DNA from: a virus
Taxonomy: Duplodnaviria; Caudoviricetes
DNA: 39,326 nucleotides
Strand: one strand, 5' to 3'
IMG/VR virus record: IMGVR_UViG_3300032302_000077
Span: 1-39,326 of that record
Shown piece by piece: positions 34,489 through 39,326 of this stretch; the stretch's first letter is position 1; each line of letters starts with the position of its first letter. The notes under the pieces were generated by a model. It ran no database searches and was not told the origin of the DNA. It saw only the letters and a program-made list of their open reading frames with translations. The position numbers and the translations under genes were made by a program.

Positions 34489-36747
34489 TTATTTAATAAG
34501 GTAGGGACTATGGATTATCTGGTCAATAGGAAAACCGCCGTAGAAAGGCTCTAAAATGAAGTTAGTAGGCAAACTAATAGATGAAGCTACTTCGGTCTTA
34601 AGAGCCTTGAGCAAAGGATTTTTAAATATGTCCCTCATAGTTTCTGCTACGGCTTTCCTCATAGCAGGTACACGACTTGCGTGACAACCAAAACAATCGT
34701 GAATTGTAAAAAGGCTGTTGATGTTTTCCTTATTCATTCGCTCAACGGAAATATGAACAAGGCTGGCATCGAGGCTGTGAATGAAGTTCGGGGCAAAGCT
34801 GTTGATCTGTGCGTCTCTGTCAACCTTACTGGTTATCTTGTTGGTTAAGTTCATGTACCTAATTGTGTCACCGATACGCAACTTAACTGACTTGGACTTA
34901 CTAACAAAGTAGGGCTGGTATACAGAAAAACCAGAAGGACTAACCCATACCATAGGACAGCCATTGTCCGTTGGTATTTTCGCTAATTGCTTCAACCAAA
35001 CCATAGTCTCTTGTGGGGCTTGCACTAGTTCACCCAAGGCTTTGATTATCAAATCAGCTAAGTAAAGACCTTGGACTATGGAGCAGTTGGTTTGTTCCAT
35101 GAGCTGTTGAGACATTCCATACTTAGATACTCCATACGGAATGGTCATAACGGGCCTCTTTACCAGCTTCCTGTTGCATCCTTGGTGCAACCAGAAAGTT
35201 GCCATCTCCCCAGGAGTACCCAATAGGTAGTGCTGTACCTTTAGAGCTATAGCCCCGTAAATGTCCTTGGGTACATCGCTAGGTAGGACATTGGTAAGTA
35301 GTGCTGTCTCTGCATCGCCCGTGAGCAGGGAAAGAATCTGTAATCCGTTACTCGTAGCATCTAGGCATACTGGATACCTTTCGGCTCCCTTAACCCACGC
35401 AAAGCACCACCTCAAGAATTGCCAAGGCTCGTCTGCTTCATGCCACCATTTGCATCCGTATGGGTCAGCCACGACCTTCCTAATATCGCTATCATGCAAT
35501 TCAGCCCACGCTACACGCTCCTCGTAGCTAACCTTGTCACATCCGAAGTGAGCAGAACCAGCTACCTTGAACCAGTACTTGCCCTCCTCAGTCAAAGGAA
35601 CGGCTTCATCAAAGTCACCCAAGGCTTTAGAGATGTCATCCCGCTGTGGCCCAATATGGGTAGGTAGGTAATACACCCGACCTCTGAAGTCTAGTTGCAC
35701 GGGTAAGTAGTAGGGCTGGCCTTGGAGTTCTTTAGCCATGAGAATCTGTTGGGTAATAAAGTAACCCCTAGCTCTGTTCCAGACATTGTAGGTATGCGAC
35801 CTCCACATCCCCTTGATTCTGGCTTTGGCTTGGTCTGGGGTAAGAGCATCCAAGTTCTCCCTAATCACTTCCTTGTGGCAGTTCACGGGTTCTCCATTAA
35901 TCTCTAGCCCGTTCTTGTAGTAGGTATCCAGTACCTCCAGCACATCCGTATTAATCCTCCATGCCACCTGTTGCATAGCCTGTACGCAATTCCGTACAAC
36001 TTCTGGCTGGGTCTTGTAAAGGGCTTCCTGTTTTTTTGATCTGCACTTAACCCAGAATACATTGGGGTCTGAACCTGCCTCTACCCTTGGAAGCATAAGA
36101 GGCCGTAGCACCTCCGTACCCTCAAACTCCTTCATCCACTCAGAGCAGGATTTAGTTGCAACAATGTAGTTCATCCTCGTCTTACTAGTCCTTGTGGTAA
36201 CCACCTCACAAAGCCCTGTACTTTTGATAAAGAGTTCGATGAGTACCCCACCGACTGATGCCTTCTCAATCGTACCCCAAGCTGTAGTCTTGTTCTTCAT
36301 CCCACGGAAAGCCGTCTGCATCTTGTGTCTATGCCCCTTGCGTAGTTTCATCCTTCTCTTGATTTTGTTCCACTCTTTGCTGGGGCTTTCTTTTAGCCTT
36401 GCTTCATGCTCTACAAGCCTACCTAGTTCAAAGGCTACAGAGGCAAAGGTTCTCTGGGTGGAGATGCCATTCAGCACCGACCTACAGGTGAGGGCCGAAA
36501 GCTCCAAAGGTTTTAGTTGCACCATTAAAGCAACTGACTTGTGCTTGGGGCCAGGTGAAGTCTGGGCCTTATCAATCCATAAAGCTATTATCTCAGCTAC
36601 AGAGGCAACGGAATGTCGTAGCAAGAAGCCTTGACCACCAGACAAACTTTCCCTGCCAGTCGAAACATTCCTAGCCTTGGCTTTGTCTCTCTTTAGCTGG
36701 GCTTCGTATACTGCCTTATGATCTAGTTGTGTTTGCGTTAAACTCAA
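34489..36747 (-). CDS. Single-subunit T7-like RNA polymerase
   Basis: DFRGRVY, LDATSNGLQ, RKLVKRPVMTIPYG, PNFIHSLDA, IHDCF motifs. Confidence 0.97.
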   Translation of the reverse strand: MSLTQTQLDHKAVYEAQLKRDKAKARNVSTGRESLSGGQGFLLRHSVASVAEIIALWIDKAQTSPGPKHKSVALMVQLKPLELSALTCRSVLNGISTQRTFASVAFELGRLVEHEARLKESPSKEWNKIKRRMKLRKGHRHKMQTAFRGMKNKTTAWGTIEKASVGGVLIELFIKSTGLCEVVTTRTSKTRMNYIVATKSCSEWMKEFEGTEVLRPLMLPRVEAGSDPNVFWVKCRSKKQEALYKTQPEVVRNCVQAMQQVAWRINTDVLEVLDTYYKNGLEINGEPVNCHKEVIRENLDALTPDQAKARIKGMWRSHTYNVWNRARGYFITQQILMAKELQGQPYYLPVQLDFRGRVYYLPTHIGPQRDDISKALGDFDEAVPLTEEGKYWFKVAGSAHFGCDKVSYEERVAWAELHDSDIRKVVADPYGCKWWHEADEPWQFLRWCFAWVKGAERYPVCLDATSNGLQILSLLTGDAETALLTNVLPSDVPKDIYGAIALKVQHYLLGTPGEMATFWLHQGCNRKLVKRPVMTIPYGVSKYGMSQQLMEQTNCSIVQGLYLADLIIKALGELVQAPQETMVWLKQLAKIPTDNGCPMVWVSPSGFSVYQPYFVSKSKSVKLRIGDTIRYMNLTNKITSKVDRDAQINSFAPNFIHSLDASLVHISVERMNKENINSLFTIHDCFGCHASRVPAMRKAVAETMRDIFKNPLLKALKTEVASSISLPTNFILEPFYGGFPIDQIIHSPYLIK

Positions 36748-37031
36748 ATGAGCTTCTTTGTTTTAGCAATCTTTTTAGCAGACTTCCATACCTTCTCATC
36801 ATCCTCAACGGCTATACGAACAAGCTTCCTGTGCTCATCCGTATCGGTGTCTACTTGGTAAGCCCCCAGAGGAGAGCTTGCCCAAACATCATTGGAATCT
36901 ATGTAACGAAAGGGATACTCCTTATCATCAACAACCTCAAAGGTCGCCACTCCGTTAATGTATTGAGCTGTATCTGCATCGCCATGACTCATGTAGTAAA
37001 CATCCCTAAAGGGTACTTCAAAGGTAGTCAT
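36744..37031 (-). CDS. Hypothetical early protein
   Basis: 95 aa, coupled to neighbours by 4-nt overlaps. Confidence 0.65.
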   Translation of the reverse strand: MTTFEVPFRDVYYMSHGDADTAQYINGVATFEVVDDKEYPFRYIDSNDVWASSPLGAYQVDTDTDEHRKLVRIAVEDDEKVWKSAKKIAKTKKLI

Positions 37032-37204
37032 TTGTTTAAATGTAAGCTGGCTTCTCGAAGGCTGTCGAATGATTTTAATAGCCGTTCATGCACACGAGGT
37101 TTAAAGATACCTGCTTCAAGCACCTGCTCAAAGACACCCCACTTCTGGATGAAGCGTCCATAGGAATCTGTAAGTTGCTTTATGAATTTATAAGTCTTGG
37201 TCAT
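37028..37204 (-). CDS. Hypothetical early protein (58 aa)
   Basis: MTKTYKFIKQLTDSYGRF...LHLNK; AGGA SD; ATGA overlap with the next gene. Confidence 0.55.
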   Translation of the reverse strand: MTKTYKFIKQLTDSYGRFIQKWGVFEQVLEAGIFKPRVHERLLKSFDSLREASLHLNK

Positions 37205-37361
37205 TGTATTTCCTAATTTCTAGTTCTTCTTTTATTTCGTCTACAAATCTTTCTCCTAACCACCAGAGAAAACAAAGAAGCAATAAGCCAACTCCTAGCC
37301 CTATAGAGCCAAAAAGAATTAGCAGTAGGTAAATTGTTAGATCGGTTATTGTTTTGCACAT
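37188..37361 (-). CDS. Small membrane protein (57 aa)
   Basis: MCKTITDLTIYLLLILFGSIGLGVGLLLLCFLWWLG...; TAATG coupling to the upstream ORF. Confidence 0.55.
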   Translation of the reverse strand: MCKTITDLTIYLLLILFGSIGLGVGLLLLCFLWWLGERFVDEIKEELEIRKYNDQDL

Positions 37362-37600
37362 TACAAAAGCTCCCTCTCAACAACTGACCAGCCAAGTTCC
37401 ATGAAGATTCGCTTGAGCCTTCCGTTCACTTCGCTGTTGTCACCTACTACTTGCACAACTTTACTATTCCGTTGGGGCTTCCACACCGAAAATCCAGAAG
37501 GAACGACCCATGTACTTCCCGAGGGATGCGAATGAATCCTGTCAGCAAGTTCAAGCATAGCCATTGTTGTAGGTCTCTGCTCAACACCATTGGTAATCAT
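37361..37600 (-). CDS. Hypothetical early protein
   Basis: 79 aa, ATGA-coupled. Confidence 0.6.
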   Translation of the reverse strand: MITNGVEQRPTTMAMLELADRIHSHPSGSTWVVPSGFSVWKPQRNSKVVQVVGDNSEVNGRLKRIFMELGWSVVERELL

Positions 37601-37836
37601 TGTGCAACCTGTTTCCCTTTGAGTTGATTAATTGTCTCCTTGCCAATCAGCCTAGCTGAATCGACTTGAGTACAAATCAGTTGAAGCTCTTTCCAAAAGC
37701 CATTGGGCAAAGCCATGTTCATTTTCTTTAGGTTCTCTAAGGCTTGACCTAGCAAGTCATCTTGCCATTCAAGTCTCCTGCTTGTTTCAATTTTCACTAC
37801 ATCTACCTCCGTTGTTATTGCTTCTAGTTGTTTCAT
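37597..37836 (-). CDS. Hypothetical early protein
   Basis: 79 aa, helical, in the coupled early chain. Confidence 0.6.
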   Translation of the reverse strand: MKQLEAITTEVDVVKIETSRRLEWQDDLLGQALENLKKMNMALPNGFWKELQLICTQVDSARLIGKETINQLKGKQVAQ

Positions 37837-37841
37837 ATTTC

Positions 37842-38021
37842 TTAATCATCGCTACAATTTTCCCTATCTTCTCGGTCAATTTCTCTATCTTCTCGGTCAA
37901 GCTTGTTAGAGATGTATTCATCCCACTTGCATTGTTCACCGATTTCTTTGTCCCACTCCTCTTGAGCTTTGGTACGCTCCGCAAAAGTATAGGTTTTTTC
38001 ATCTGGTTTAGGGTTGTCCAT
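37842..38021 (-). CDS. Highly acidic small protein (59 aa, not in the ORF track)
   Basis: MDNPKPDEKTYTFAERTKAQEEWDKEIGEQCKWDEYISNKLDREDREIDREDRENCSDD; GGAG SD; fills the gap after int. Confidence 0.6.
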   Translation of the reverse strand: MDNPKPDEKTYTFAERTKAQEEWDKEIGEQCKWDEYISNKLDREDREIDREDRENCSDD

Positions 38022-38022
38022 G

Positions 38023-39006
38023 TTAATTCTCCAACGCCCCGACTGCTTCCAGTAGGTTTGTAGGAGCTAGGTGTGCGTATCTCATAGTCATCTGGATTGT
38101 TTTATGTCCCAGCCATTCTTTGACAACTACAATCGGTACGCCTCGTTGAACAAGTCTGCTTGCACAGGTATGACGAAGGGAATGAGGGACAAACTCTTTG
38201 TCGTCCGTCAAGCCCATCTGGTCTCTTATGCTTGTCCAAGCCCTGTTCACCTCAAACTGCTTAATGTGACCGAAAGGGCTATCCCCTCCAACCTCCATCA
38301 GCTCGTTCATAACAATGACTAGGCCAGTTGTCATAGGGATGCTCCTGCTTTCACCACTCTTGGTATCCCAGAATGTGACCACCTTGTTAGTCCAGTTGAA
38401 ATCAGCCCAAGTCAGCTTCAAGGCTTCACCAACTCTTGCCCCTGTATAGAGCAAGAAGATAAACAAAGGCTTCAGCTTGTCACTTACCTTGGATAAGATT
38501 ACAGCTTCTTCCTCTGGAGTCACAAAACGGATTCTGCCTTTGGTTTCCTTCTTGATCGGAAAGATAAACCTCTTGGTTACCAATCCTCTTTCGAGGGCAA
38601 ACCGAAGCATACGGCTTAAGCAAGACAGCTTGCGGTTTATGGTCGCATCTGAGTTGCCTAGAGCTTTTAAGGATACCACCCAGTTGTCTAGGTCTCCTTG
38701 CGTGAAGTGAGCTACAGGTGTACTAGCACCAAAGTAACGCACTACATGGTCGCTGTTAAGCTTGCTTGTGTTCTCGCTTTTGGCTCCCTTCCAAACAAGG
38801 GTATAGGTCTGGTCTTTGAGTTCTTGCCAAGTCGTAAGGTTGCTCTCGGTCTCTGGCAAAGGCTTTCCAGCTATGGAAGCCCTGCGTAAGTCCATTAGGT
38901 AACCTTCAGCTTGCGTCATCGAACCGAAGCGTCTGCGTATACGCTTGCCTTTGGTTGTGAAGGATACATTAAATGAATCCCCTGCTGATTGAATGGAGCC
39001 GTTCAA
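38023..39006 (-). CDS. int: Tyrosine integrase
   Basis: TINRKLS.L, TGARVGE, TKSG..R.IP, HSLRHT, WLGH, TMRYAH catalytic motifs. Confidence 0.95.
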   Translation of the reverse strand: MNGSIQSAGDSFNVSFTTKGKRIRRRFGSMTQAEGYLMDLRRASIAGKPLPETESNLTTWQELKDQTYTLVWKGAKSENTSKLNSDHVVRYFGASTPVAHFTQGDLDNWVVSLKALGNSDATINRKLSCLSRMLRFALERGLVTKRFIFPIKKETKGRIRFVTPEEEAVILSKVSDKLKPLFIFLLYTGARVGEALKLTWADFNWTNKVVTFWDTKSGESRSIPMTTGLVIVMNELMEVGGDSPFGHIKQFEVNRAWTSIRDQMGLTDDKEFVPHSLRHTCASRLVQRGVPIVVVKEWLGHKTIQMTMRYAHLAPTNLLEAVGALEN

Positions 39007-39173
39007 AGGACGATTCCTTTCATGTACTCAACGACATACTTTAAGTAGCCGACAAGCATTTCAGTTCCCTTCCACACGACTACATCATTCGGTTTCTTAC
39101 CAGCCGATATGCTGTTCTCGTATAGGAGGCGTAGGTTGTAGTAGTTGTCTTTGGTTATTGCTATGTGTTTCAT
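39003..39173 (-). CDS. Hypothetical protein coupled to the integrase (likely start MKHI at 39173)
   Basis: Stop overlaps the int start; ATG 8 nt after a -10 box. Confidence 0.6.
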   Translation of the reverse strand: MKHIAITKDNYYNLRLLYENSISAGKKPNDVVVWKGTEMLVGYLKYVVEYMKGIVL

Positions 39174-39181
39174 ATCCGCAA

Positions 39182-39210
39182 ACCATAAACGCACAGGTAA
39201 CTAAAAGCAA
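39182..39210 (-). promoter_or_regulatory. Putative sigma70 promoter for the int/early operon
   Basis: TTGCTT (39205-39210), 17 bp, TATGGT (39182-39187); overlapped by a repeat copy. Confidence 0.5.
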
Positions 39211-39278
39211 AGGGAAAAACACTCTGTTTGAAAAGTATAAGCACATCTTATAAACGCACAGGTAAAACGTACAGGTAA
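39185..39278. repeat. Three direct repeats AAACGYACAGGTAA
   Basis: ATAAACGCACAGGTAA at 39185-39200 and 39250-39265; AAACGTACAGGTAA at 39265-39278. Confidence 0.85.
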
Positions 39279-39326
39279 TTGCCAACCAAGTGTGGCTCAC
39301 TATCATAATTCACTATCATATATATC
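39204..39326. repeat. Terminal redundancy, copy 2
   Basis: Identical to 1-123. Confidence 0.95.

Noticed and set aside
37787-38002. 71-aa Lys-rich ORF in the track
   Set aside because: Overlaps the next gene by 50 nt; the alternative frame 37842-38021 has an SD and fits the gap
39185-39326. Short repeats as a CRISPR mini-array
   Set aside because: Repeats of 14-16 bp with irregular spacing, no uniform spacers, no cas genes

Overview
Apparently complete, circularly permuted genome of a T7-like podovirus (Autographiviridae-type); bases 1-123 repeat exactly at 39204-39326. Almost all genes are on the minus strand in T7-like order: tyrosine integrase, small early ORFs, single-subunit RNA polymerase, SSB, endonuclease I, primase/helicase, family A DNA polymerase, a free-standing LAGLIDADG endonuclease, exonuclease, nucleotide-related genes, portal, scaffold, a misplaced holin/spanin-like cluster, major capsid, tail tubes, internal virion proteins, tail fibre, terminase and a divergent GH108-like lysozyme. 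The integrase suggests a temperate lifestyle, but no repressor is recognisable. Main points of interest: (1) a 99-nt G-U-stabilised hairpin after the capsid gene whose loop (UUAUUGUGUUUC) is complementary to an AAACACAA motif recurring at the start regions of many phage genes, a possible trans-acting antisense switch; (2) a self-contained promoter-to-terminator cassette with an amidoligase, a class II glutamine amidotransferase, two membrane peptides and two Zn-finger proteins; (3) a multi-branch RNA structure in the capsid leader; (4) sigma70-type promoters placed to give leaderless mRNAs. All product calls come from motif recognition and synteny; no database search was run.
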